From assembly GCA_965223545.1 (NCBI GenBank), contig OZ245006.1, forward strand, positions 6,144,001-6,208,000: a DNA stretch of 64,000 nt. The letters are read 5' to 3'. This DNA is from Planctomycetota bacterium (GTDB taxonomy: Bacteria > Planctomycetota > UBA1135 > UBA2386). Position 1 is the stretch's first letter. Every line of letters begins with the position of its first letter. Positions 1-8,644 of this stretch are shown here, piece after piece. The notes beneath the pieces are model-generated. The model did no database searches. It saw nothing but the letters and a program-made list of their open reading frames with translations, and was not told the origin of the DNA. The translations under genes and the position numbers were made by a program.

Positions 1-2
1 TC

Positions 3-767
3 GATCCCACCAGCTCGCCGTACTTCGGCCTGTTGCCCTGGGTCGACCGTTACGCGAAGAAGCAGCTGCTGGTCGATGTCGACGCCTACCAGCAGGATCA
101 TGCGGGCGGCTTCGTGTTCAGCGACTTCATGGCGCGCCACTACGGGCACGCCTTGGACGGCTGGCACTTTGGCTCGCGCATTCCGGCCGGGTGTGCCGAC
201 CGACTGGTGTTGGGCTGGAGCTTGGCGAGCGCGCGCCATCTGGTGCGCGGCGCGACGAAGACGCCGGCGACGCAGCAGGAGCGCGACATCGACGTCCACT
301 GCCGGCTGTCGTTCGGCCCCGAACCGGAGAGCTGGTATGCGGCGCATCGCCGCGCCGTGCTCGAGGCCTTGGCGCCGCTGGGCGAACGCCATCGCGTGAT
401 CGCCGCCGGGGGCGACGCGGCGCGCGTGCCGTACAAGGTCTTCCACGACGAGATGGAACGGGCGCGGATCGGGTTCAGTCCGTTCGGTTGGGGCGAAGTG
501 ACGGACCGCGACTTCCACATCGTCAACCAAGGCGCGTTGTTGATGAAGCCCGACATGTCGCACCTGCGCACCGATCCCGACATCTATTCCGACGGCGAGA
601 CCTACGTCGCCGTGCGCTGGGACCTGGCCGACGTGGCGGAGAAGGTCGAGCACTACCTCGCGCGGCCGGAGGAGGCACAGCGCATCGTCGAGGCCGCGCG
701 CCGCTGCTACGCCGAGTTCACCGACGGCGCGAGCATCGTCAGCGCCATGCGCCGGCTGTTGCCGTAA
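3..767 (+). CDS. Glycosyltransferase family 1-like protein (GT-B C-terminal domain), 5'-truncated by the window edge
   Basis: Frame is open from nt 3 (DPTSSPYFGLLPWVDRYAKKQ). SPFGWGEVTDRDF, GALLMKPDM and ETYVAVRWDLADVAEKVEHYL match the Glyco_trans_1_2-like C-terminal pattern. Confidence 0.65.
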   Translation, partial: DPTSSPYFGLLPWVDRYAKKQLLVDVDAYQQDHAGGFVFSDFMARHYGHALDGWHFGSRIPAGCADRLVLGWSLASARHLVRGATKTPATQQERDIDVHCRLSFGPEPESWYAAHRRAVLEALAPLGERHRVIAAGGDAARVPYKVFHDEMERARIGFSPFGWGEVTDRDFHIVNQGALLMKPDMSHLRTDPDIYSDGETYVAVRWDLADVAEKVEHYLARPEEAQRIVEAARRCYAEFTDGASIVSAMRRLLP

Positions 768-1113
768 AGCCGAGCCACACCGCGCCGATTCCCAGGGTGT
801 TGCTGGCGGCGACGTACAGCAGGGCGACTCCGGTTCGGCCACCGCGCAGGAGCTCGATCGTCTCCAGGCCGAACGTCGAGAACGTGGTGAAGCCGCCCAG
901 CAGCCCCGTGATCACCAGCAGGCGCGCCTCGGGGCGTGCCGTCGGGCTCGCCAGCCAAGCGGCGGCGACGCCGATCAGGGCGCAGCCCAAGACGTTGACG
1001 ACGAGGGTGCCGATCGGAAAGCCGAGACCGGTCGGGCTCTGCAGCGCCCGATGAACGGCGTAGCGCAACAGAGCCCCCACGGCTCCGCCCGCGGCGATGA
1101 GGAGCAGGCCCAC
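739..1113 (-). CDS. crcB: Fluoride efflux channel FluC/CrcB
   Basis: 124 aa, four hydrophobic segments, GGAVGALLRY, FPIGTLVVNVLGC and GLLGGFTTFSTF signatures. Confidence 0.95.
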   Translation of the reverse strand: MGLLLIAAGGAVGALLRYAVHRALQSPTGLGFPIGTLVVNVLGCALIGVAAAWLASPTARPEARLLVITGLLGGFTTFSTFGLETIELLRGGRTGVALLYVAASNTLGIGAVWLGFTATAGAWR

Positions 1114-1259
1114 GCCTTAGACTCTGTCCGGTGGCGCGCGCGTGGACAAGAGGTTGGTGGCCTGCCTTCGCGGCGAAAGGCGCGGTGGTCGGTGACCCCG
1201 GCGACGACCGTGCCTACCGGGCTCCCGTGCCTCGTTTTCGTTCAGCGGGAGCCGGCGTA

Positions 1260-1772
1260 ATGCTGCTGGTCACGGCCGCCGCGTGCGTCCGCACCGAGTC
1301 GCGGGTCGACCCGCTGGTGCGCCCGCCCGCCGGCACCGGCAGCCGCGCCGTGGAGATGAACGGCACTTGGTTGGTCGAGCTGACGCAGCCCGACCCGCCG
1401 GTGGTCGCTGCGGCGAACGGCTTGGTTCCACCGCACCGCGGCATGTCGCTGACGATCGAGGACGGCGCTCTGGTCGATCTCGGCGGCCAGCTGTTGACGC
1501 GCACCGGCATCGAGGACGCGTCGCCGTGGACGGTGGAGTCCTACTTCAACGCCGTCGACGGTCGCATCGGGCTCTTCTCGCTGGAGATGCGTGAGCCGCC
1601 GACGGGCGTGGTGAGCCAGTTGGCGATCGCGTTCGGCAGCGTCGACGAGTCGCGCCTGGCCGGCGAGGTTCTGTGCCGCGACATCGACAACGGTGAGGTC
1701 ACCCACGAGCTCCGCTACCGCATCCTGCTCGGAGCGGGCTTTACTCCGCAGGTGGCGCCGACCGGTCGTTGA
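1260..1772 (+). CDS. Hypothetical protein, possible lipoprotein
   Basis: Protein-like composition in the gap between crcB and the deaminase; short hydrophobic N-terminus ending AAAC; start uncertain. Confidence 0.5.
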   Translation: MLLVTAAACVRTESRVDPLVRPPAGTGSRAVEMNGTWLVELTQPDPPVVAAANGLVPPHRGMSLTIEDGALVDLGGQLLTRTGIEDASPWTVESYFNAVDGRIGLFSLEMREPPTGVVSQLAIAFGSVDESRLAGEVLCRDIDNGEVTHELRYRILLGAGFTPQVAPTGR

Positions 1773-2226
1773 GGTCGATTTCGCCGATGTCCTCGCACCA
1801 CAGCTCTGGGTGGGCGGCGATGAACGCACGCATCAGGGCGGTGGCCTCGTCGAGCTGCAAGTTGCGCAGCGTGACGCCGCGCGCCGCGAGCCAGTCCTCC
1901 TCGCCGCGGAAGGTGCGGTTCTCGCCGATCACCACCCGCGGAATGCCGAACAGCGCGATGGCGCCGCTGCACATGGCGCACGGCGACAAGCTGGTGTACA
2001 TCGTGCAGCGCCGGTAGTCGGACGCGGACAGCCGGCCGGCGGCCCGTAGACAGTCGATCTCGGCGTGCAGCACCGGGTCGCCCCGCTGCACGCGCTGGTT
2101 GTGGCCGCGCCCGATCACGACGCCGTCGCGCACCAGCACCGCGCCGATCGGAATGCCGCCCGCCGCGGCGCCGCTCCTCGCCTCGGCCAGTGCCGCTGCC
2201 ATGAACTCGTGATCTGCGTCGGTCAT
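1741..2226 (-). CDS. Nucleoside/cytosine deaminase (zinc-dependent CDA fold)
   Basis: HAE and PCAMC zinc motifs, GIPIGAVL, VVIGENRTF. Confidence 0.92.
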   Translation of the reverse strand: MTDADHEFMAAALAEARSGAAAGGIPIGAVLVRDGVVIGRGHNQRVQRGDPVLHAEIDCLRAAGRLSASDYRRCTMYTSLSPCAMCSGAIALFGIPRVVIGENRTFRGEEDWLAARGVTLRNLQLDEATALMRAFIAAHPELWCEDIGEIDLNDRSAPPAE

Positions 2227-2234
2227 CGCCGCCG

Positions 2235-2254
2235 AGTGTAGCCGCGGCTACGGT
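2235..2254. promoter_or_regulatory. Back-to-back -10-like boxes of divergent, probably leaderless promoters
   Basis: TACACT on the - strand (2235-2240) lies 8 nt before the deaminase ATG; TACGGT on the + strand (2249-2254) lies 6 nt before the DUF1294 GTG. Confidence 0.5.
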
Positions 2255-2260
2255 GTTCTC

Positions 2261-2527
2261 GTGCCCGCGCCGCTGCTCTACCTGGTCCTGGCCGTCAACG
2301 TGGTCACCTTCGGTCTGTTTGCCTACGACAAGGCGCGGGCCCGGGGTCGACGGCGTCGAGTCGCCGAGACGACGCTGCTGCTGTGGAGCTGGGCCGGCGG
2401 CGCGCTCGGCGGTTGGGCCGGCATGCTGGTGTGCCGGCACAAGACGGCGAAGACGTCGTTCGTGGTCCGGATGACCCTGGTGACCGTGTTCAATGCGGTG
2501 TGGGCGGTGCTATGGCTTTGTCGGTAG
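2261..2527 (+). CDS. DUF1294 family small membrane protein
   Basis: FAYDKARA, RRVAETTLL, GGALGGWAGM and RHKTAK pattern; 88 aa. Confidence 0.9.
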   Translation: MPAPLLYLVLAVNVVTFGLFAYDKARARGRRRRVAETTLLLWSWAGGALGGWAGMLVCRHKTAKTSFVVRMTLVTVFNAVWAVLWLCR

Positions 2528-2600
2528 GGCCCGGCCTGTCCACCGGCATCGCTCGGTGGCGTCGGATTCTGCGACAAAGCCCTGCGCCCACTGCTCAAGG

Positions 2601-3008
2601 ATGCAACGGTTCTGGCCGATCGGTTCCGGGAACGGGATCCGAATCCCGCCGGGACGATTGCAGGGAGCAGGGCAGTTGGGGAGCAGACGGTTTCAGAAGG
2701 TCTCGCGCGGCTACCAGCGGAGCGCGGAGCGGGCGTCGATGCAGGCCGAGCTGGAGGATTACTACGACGAGCAACTCGCCGATCGCGATGGCCTCAGTGC
2801 GATGATGGCCGACTCCGCCGCCGAGATGGAACGGTCGGAGCGAGCGGCGGGCGCGCCTGACACGCCGGCCGCGCCCGCGATGCCGGCCGCGGTGTGCCAC
2901 CAGCCAGCGCCGGCGGCGGTGTCCGCCGGCCCGGACGGCTCGGTGCACGCGTCAGAGGGCTTCTTTGCGCGGCTCTGGCGTCGCTTCGTCGCGCTGGCGC
3001 GCGCCTGA
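2601..3008 (+). CDS. Hypothetical protein
   Basis: ORF from ATG 2601 with an acidic helical middle, an Ala/Pro linker and an amphipathic C-terminus (GFFARLWRRF). Confidence 0.5.
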   Translation: MQRFWPIGSGNGIRIPPGRLQGAGQLGSRRFQKVSRGYQRSAERASMQAELEDYYDEQLADRDGLSAMMADSAAEMERSERAAGAPDTPAAPAMPAAVCHQPAPAAVSAGPDGSVHASEGFFARLWRRFVALARA

Positions 3009-3088
3009 GCAGCCGGATTTCCGGCGGCCGTATCGGCCGTTGTGGCGTCGCGTGGCGCGCCACGCCGTGGCCGGCTACCGTCGCCGGC

Positions 3089-4609
3089 ATGATGTGGTTC
3101 GTCGCGGCGTCGCTCCGAGGTCTACTCCTGGTCGTCGCGGTCTGGGCGGCGGCAGTGCCCGCCGCGGCGCAGCTGCGCCTGCCCGCGTTGTTCTCCGACG
3201 GGATGGTGCTGCAGCGCGACGCGGAGGTCGCGGTGTGGGGCAGCGCTGCGCCGGGCCAACGCCTGGCGGTGACGTTCCGCCACCGGACCGCCAAGACCAC
3301 GGTCGGCGAAGACGGTGCGTGGCGCGTCGTGATCGGCCCGTTCGCGGCGGGCGGGCCGGATGTCCTGGCGGTTCGCGCTGGCGAGGACGCCCTCGACGTC
3401 GGCGACGTCCTGGTCGGTGAAGTGTGGGTGTGTTCCGGCCAGTCCAACATGGAGTGGGCGCTGCACACCGCGCGCGACGCGGAGGCCGAGGTTGCCGCCG
3501 CCCGGCACCCGCGGCTGCGGCTGTTCGAAGTGCCCCGGCGCACCGCGTCCGCGGCGACCACCGACATCGACGCGCGCTGGCAGGAGTGTCGGCCGGAGAC
3601 CGCGCGCGAGTTCTCCGCCGTCGGCTATTTCTTCGGCCGCGAGCTGCTCGCCGAGCTCGACGTGCCCATCGGGCTGATCCAGAGCGCGTGGGGGGGCACC
3701 CCGGCCGAGGCTTGGACCAGCCCCGAGGCGTTGGCCCAACTGCCGGAGATGGAGCCGACCCTGGCGCAGTGGGCGGCGCGCGATCGCGACTACGACGCCG
3801 CGCTGGCCCGCTGGCGCGACGCGTCCGCGGCGGCGAAAGAGGCCGGTGCGCGCCCGCCGGCGCGGCCGCGCGGACCCGATGATCCGCACCATCCCTCAGC
3901 GCTCTATCACGGCATGGTGACCCCGCTCCTCGACTACGCGATGCGCGGCGTGATCTGGTACCAAGGGGAGTCGAACGCCCGACGCGCGTTTCAATACCGG
4001 TCGCTGTTCCCCGCGATGATCCGCGACTGGCGGCGGGCCTTTGGCCGCGGCGACTTCCCGTTCTACTTCGTGCAGCTCGCCAACTTCCGCGTGCGCGAAC
4101 CCCTGACGTGGGCCGAGCTGCGCGAGGCGCAGGCCGAGGCGCTGAGCGAGCCCAACGTCGGCATGGCGGTGTCGATCGACATCGGCGACGCCGATGACAT
4201 CCACCCGCGGTTCAAGCAGGAGTTCGGTGCGCGGCTGGCGCGCTGCGCGCTCGCCGGCACCTATGGGCGCGACGTGGTCGCCAGTGGCCCGGTCTATTCC
4301 GGCCACGAGATCGGTGACGGCACGGTCCGTGTCCGGTTCGATCACGCCGAAGGCCTGCGCGCCCGCGACGACGCGGCGGTCGGTGGCTTCGAGCTGGCCT
4401 CGGCCGAGGGAGAGTTCCATCCGGCCGAGGCCGTGATCGACGGGTCGACGGTCGTGCTGCGGTGCGCCGCCGTGCCGGATCCAGCGCACGTGCGCTACGC
4501 GTACACCGATGATCCGGCCACCGCCAATCTCGCCAACGGCGCCGGCTTGCCCGCCGCTCCGTTCCGCACCGATCAGCGCGACTGGACCACGCGCACCGCG
4601 CACCACTGA
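3089..4609 (+). CDS. Sialate O-acetylesterase (SASA/SGNH family), exported
   Basis: Signal peptide; LPALFSDGMVLQR, GEVWVCSGQSNME, GVIWYQGESNA, PFYFVQLANF, DIHP. Confidence 0.93.
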   Translation: MMWFVAASLRGLLLVVAVWAAAVPAAAQLRLPALFSDGMVLQRDAEVAVWGSAAPGQRLAVTFRHRTAKTTVGEDGAWRVVIGPFAAGGPDVLAVRAGEDALDVGDVLVGEVWVCSGQSNMEWALHTARDAEAEVAAARHPRLRLFEVPRRTASAATTDIDARWQECRPETAREFSAVGYFFGRELLAELDVPIGLIQSAWGGTPAEAWTSPEALAQLPEMEPTLAQWAARDRDYDAALARWRDASAAAKEAGARPPARPRGPDDPHHPSALYHGMVTPLLDYAMRGVIWYQGESNARRAFQYRSLFPAMIRDWRRAFGRGDFPFYFVQLANFRVREPLTWAELREAQAEALSEPNVGMAVSIDIGDADDIHPRFKQEFGARLARCALAGTYGRDVVASGPVYSGHEIGDGTVRVRFDHAEGLRARDDAAVGGFELASAEGEFHPAEAVIDGSTVVLRCAAVPDPAHVRYAYTDDPATANLANGAGLPAAPFRTDQRDWTTRTAHH

Positions 4610-4613
4610 CGAG

Positions 4614-6122
4614 TCACGGCGTTGCCGCTGCGCGCAGCGCGCGCTTGTCGATCTTGCCGGAGCCGGTGCGCGGCAGCTGCGCGACGTAGCGGTAGCGGCG
4701 TGGCACCTTGAAACCCGCCAATCGCTGTCGGCAGTGGGCGTCGAGTGCCGCGTCGTCGGCCGAATGGTCCGGTCGCAGCGCCACGGCGGCGCACACGCGC
4801 TCACCCCACTCGTCGTCCGGGATGCCGAACACCGCGGCCTCGAGGATCGCCGCGTGCTGGTACAGGACGTTCTCGACCTCGATCGAGTAGACGTTTTCGC
4901 CACCGGTGATGATCACGTCCTTGGCGCGGTCGACGATGGTGAGGAAGCCGTCGGCATCGATCACCGCGAGATCGCCGGTGTGCAGGAAACCGTTCTCGTC
5001 GAACGCGGCTGCCGTCGCGTCGCGGTCTTGCCAGTACCCCGGGGTGACGGTCGGTCCCTTGACGCGGATCTCGCCGACGCTGCGCTCGTCGGCGGCGACC
5101 GGGTTTCCCTGCTCGTCCACCACGCGCAGCTCGACGGTGAGGAACGGGCGGCCGGTCTTGCACCGGTAGGCGAGCTGCCGCTCGGCCGCAAGGTGGCGCA
5201 GATGGTGCGGCGGGCGGCTCAGCGTCAAGTAGGGGCTGGTTTCGGTCATGCCGTAGGTCTGCACGTACTCGCAACCGAAGGCCTCGACCAGGCGGTGCAC
5301 GGTCTCTGGAGCGATCGCAGCGCCGCCGCTCAGCAGCAGCCGAAGACTGCCGGTGTCGGCCGTCGCCAGGCTCGGGTGGGCGAGCATCGCGCCGAGCATG
5401 GTCGGCACCAGGTTGGTCACGGTGACACGATGCGTGGCCATCGAGCGCAGGACCTCGCCGGCGTCGAAGCGGGGGTGCAATACGTGATGGCCGCCGACCC
5501 AGGTGATGGCAAACGTCGCCCAGGCGTCGGCGAGGTGGAACATCGGCGCGTAGTGGCCCCACACGTCGGCGTCGCAGAGCCCGAGCTCGGCGATCGCGGC
5601 GAGCGCGTGCGTGGTGACGTTGCCGTGGGTGAGCTGGACCCCTTTGGCGCGGCCGGTCGTGCCGCTGGTGTAGTACAGGTGGGCCGTGTCGTCTGCCGCG
5701 GGAACGACACCTTGCGGAGTGTCGTTCCGCGCGGTCACCGCGGGGAACTCGTCGTCGATCCACACGACCGGGGCGGGCGAAGCGTCGACCTGGTCGGCGA
5801 ACGCGCGGCGCGCGCACAGAAGTCGGGGAGCCGCATGCGCGACGATCGCCCTCGTCTCCGGCGCCGACAGCCGGTAGTTGATCGGCGCCAGGATGGCGCC
5901 GATGGCGGCGGCTGCGAAGTAGAGCTCGAAGAGCTCGCGCCGGTTCTCGTCGAGCACCGCGACCCGGTCGCCTGCGCGGACGCCGCGCGCCTGCAGGTGC
6001 GCCGCCAACGAAAGCACCCTGCGGTGGGTCTCGACGTAGTCGAGCGTGCGGCCCGCGCAGGTGACGGCCGGTGCGTCGCCGAACAGCGCGGCGGCTCGGG
6101 CGAGGAGCGAATAGAGATGCAT
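4614..6122 (-). CDS. Long-chain fatty-acid--CoA ligase / AMP-binding enzyme
   Basis: YTSGTTGRAKG, YGMTETSP, GFLHTGDL, DRAKDVIITGGENV, LPRTGSGKIDK. Confidence 0.93.
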   Translation of the reverse strand: MHLYSLLARAAALFGDAPAVTCAGRTLDYVETHRRVLSLAAHLQARGVRAGDRVAVLDENRRELFELYFAAAAIGAILAPINYRLSAPETRAIVAHAAPRLLCARRAFADQVDASPAPVVWIDDEFPAVTARNDTPQGVVPAADDTAHLYYTSGTTGRAKGVQLTHGNVTTHALAAIAELGLCDADVWGHYAPMFHLADAWATFAITWVGGHHVLHPRFDAGEVLRSMATHRVTVTNLVPTMLGAMLAHPSLATADTGSLRLLLSGGAAIAPETVHRLVEAFGCEYVQTYGMTETSPYLTLSRPPHHLRHLAAERQLAYRCKTGRPFLTVELRVVDEQGNPVAADERSVGEIRVKGPTVTPGYWQDRDATAAAFDENGFLHTGDLAVIDADGFLTIVDRAKDVIITGGENVYSIEVENVLYQHAAILEAAVFGIPDDEWGERVCAAVALRPDHSADDAALDAHCRQRLAGFKVPRRYRYVAQLPRTGSGKIDKRALRAAATP

Positions 6123-6298
6123 GGAGGCGGGGGGCGGTGCGGGACGCTGCAGCGTAAACGGGGGCGCTCCCCGAGCGTGCGTGCGATGCGTTGGCGATAT
6201 GGTGTCGGTCGCGAGGGGCGACCGCGACCCCGTTTCGAGGGACGCGGCCCCCTGAGCCACGTTCACCGAATCAGCCCCCTCAGAAGGAGCAACCCACG

Positions 6299-7339
6299 AT
6301 GTGCACCCGTCCTGTCCTCGCCGCGCTGACCCTCACCGCGGCCATCGCCGCCCAACCGCCCTCCGTGCAGATCTCGATCGGCATCCGCGAGACCGAAGCC
6401 GGCGGCGGATCCGCCTTTTCCGCCATCGGCGGCAACGGCGGTGCTTCCGGCGGCATCGAGTGGGTCAATCTCGATGGCCAGAGCCTCGTGCTGGACGGCA
6501 CTTGGCAGCAATTCACCTTCAACATCACCACGGACACGCTGACCGGCTTTGCCGGTACCACGGCCAACAACGTGCTCGAGGGCACCTACGGCACCCTCGA
6601 GCACATCCGCGTGCTGAACGGCTCGGGCGTCACCGATCCCATGTCGCTGTGGGTGGACGATGTCACCAACACGACCAATAGTGGCGGCCCCACCGTGTTC
6701 GGTGACTTCGAGGGCTTCGCCGACGGGGACGAAGTGATGTTCCAGGAGCCGACCTTCTCCGGTTCGACGTCCGGCAACATCGTCGCCGGTGCGACCTCCG
6801 GCGTGGACAACCTGGTCGCCTCGCGGTCGGCGTCCTGCCGCTTCGACCTGCAGTTCATCGACAACACGGCGACCCGCTGGGTGCGGCTGACCAGCTTCAG
6901 CGCCACCAACATCCCCAACCCGCAGATCCGTTTCGATGACGGCAGCGTCATCACCTTCTGGATGCGCGGCGGCGATTGCCAGCCCAGTCTCGGCGGACAG
7001 GGACCGGGCAACGCGATCGCCGAGCTCTGCGGCGAGGGGCTCAACTCCGGTGAGGCGAGCGCGTACCACGTGGCAAACGCGCCGGCCGGTGCGCTCGGCG
7101 CGCTCGGCATTTCCACCGCCAACCAGCCGGACCTTTCGATCTTCGGCGGCACGCTGATCTCGGGCCTCGGTCTGGTGAGCACCTTCCCGCTCGCGGCGAA
7201 TCCCGCCGGCAGCGTCACCTTGCCGGTGCCGGGCTCGGCGTCGATGATCGATCTGGTGTTGCAGAGCGCATTCGTCGATGCGAGCCAGCCTGCCAACTTC
7301 ACTTTCACCAACGCGGTGCAGGCGAGCTTCGGGCAGTAG
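6299..7339 (+). CDS. Secreted hypothetical protein with a beta-rich C-terminal module
   Basis: AAGGAG RBS upstream, signal peptide (LAALTLTAAIAAQ), strong C-ending codon bias, Gly/Thr/Asn-rich. Confidence 0.8.
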   Translation: MCTRPVLAALTLTAAIAAQPPSVQISIGIRETEAGGGSAFSAIGGNGGASGGIEWVNLDGQSLVLDGTWQQFTFNITTDTLTGFAGTTANNVLEGTYGTLEHIRVLNGSGVTDPMSLWVDDVTNTTNSGGPTVFGDFEGFADGDEVMFQEPTFSGSTSGNIVAGATSGVDNLVASRSASCRFDLQFIDNTATRWVRLTSFSATNIPNPQIRFDDGSVITFWMRGGDCQPSLGGQGPGNAIAELCGEGLNSGEASAYHVANAPAGALGALGISTANQPDLSIFGGTLISGLGLVSTFPLAANPAGSVTLPVPGSASMIDLVLQSAFVDASQPANFTFTNAVQASFGQ

Positions 7340-7396
7340 GAGCCGTTTTTCGCCAGCCGCGCGCGGGGCGCCGGCCCTCCGGTTAGCCTCGCACCG

Positions 7397-8644
7397 ATGA
7401 TCCGAGCTCCCTTGCTGGTCCCGTTGCTGGCGGCGGTCTGCGTCGCCCAGCCGACGCTGGGTGAACAGTGGTGCGCGGTGCGCGATGCCGTGCTGCCCGG
7501 CGACTCGGATGCCGGCTGGCGCGCGATCCGCTGGCACGAGACGATGACCGAGGGACTGCTCGAGGGGCAGCGCACGCAGCGCCCCGTGCTGCTGTGGGCG
7601 ATGAACGGTCACCCCCTCGGCTGCACTTGAAACAACGGCGTCGCTGCCAGACGGTCGGTCTGGTCCGATCCCGCAGTGCAGGCGTTGGTCGAGCGTTTCG
7701 TGCCCGCCGCCGACGAGGTCAGTCGGCTGCAGCGCGGTGACGACGCCGAGTGCCGGTTCTTTCAGTCCTTCGCCGAGGACGGTCACTACGGCGGGCGCAG
7801 CGTGCCGACGGGGACCCGGCAGGGCATCTACGCCGTCGCGCCCAGCGGGCGGCTGCTCGCCTCGATCAACACGCGGAGCCCGCTGCGCATGGTGGACATG
7901 CTCGAGCGCGCGCTGCGCGCTTGGCAGGCGATGCCCGCTGCCGAACGCGAGCTCGATGCCTACCGGGCCGCGCAGCTGCGCGCGGTGCGCCGGGCGCGCG
8001 ATCGGTTCCCCGAAGACGGTCTCGTGTTGGAGGTGCTGGCGCGCGACCTGCCCCGCGGGGAGGCCGCGAACGAGACCGAGTCCGCGCACTGGCACGCCGC
8101 CGCGTGGAATCGCGATTGGGCGTGGTTCACCGCCGAAGAAGTGCGCCGCTGGCTGGGCGAGGAGCTCGTGCCCGGCGAGGGGCGCGCACTGCCCGAGGAC
8201 CTGGCGCTGCGCTTGGCGCGGTTGCACTGTGTCGACCACGTGCGTGGCCAGGTCAAGCCGTGGCGGGTCGAGGAGGTGCGGCAGGCGGAGTTCGTCGCCC
8301 GCGTCGAACGCGTGCGAAAAGGGGTCGCGGAGCTGCGGCTCGAGGGGGCTGTGCGGGCCGAGGCCAGCGGCCACTGGCCCGTGCGCGGCCACCGCGATCG
8401 CGAGGCGCCGCTCGCGCAGAGCCGCGGGATCGATCTGCGCTTTGCCGGCGTGGCGAGCTACGACCAGCAGCAGCAGAGGTTCGTCGCACTGCAGCTGATC
8501 GGCGAGGGGACCAGGCACGGTGGCACGCAGTACAACAGCCGAGGCGGCGATCTCGAGACTGCGCCGATTGGGCTGGTGCTCCGGTGGACTCCCGAGCCGG
8601 CACGGGTCGCGCCGGCGTTCTTTTGGAAGTACGGATGGCGATGA
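7397..8644 (+). CDS. Putative exported thioredoxin-like selenoprotein (415 aa, Sec at codon 78, TGA 7628-7630)
   Basis: ORFs 7397-7630 and 7676-8644 share a frame and are separated only by TGA. Read-through gives RPVLLWAMNGHPLGCT-U-NNGVAARRSVWSDPAVQALVERFVP, a thioredoxin-like pattern. N-terminal signal peptide and downstream hairpin present. Confidence 0.8.
7646..7664 (+). promoter_or_regulatory. Candidate bacterial SECIS element
   Basis: Stem CCAGAC (7647-7652) pairs with GTCTGG (7658-7663), plus a G-U pair. Apical loop GGTCG starts with G and begins 22 nt after the TGA. Confidence 0.7.

Noticed and set aside
1114..1260. Possible fluoride riboswitch upstream of crcB; 8-bp hairpin at 1220-1253
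   Set aside because: The minus strand lacks the conserved GAUGG...AAC...GCUGAUGAC pattern. The hairpin alone is unremarkable at this GC content.
7676..8644. Separate 322-aa gene plus a 77-aa upstream gene
   Set aside because: Read-through explains it better: same frame, continuous fold motif, SECIS-like hairpin, no RBS at 7676. It remains the alternative hypothesis.
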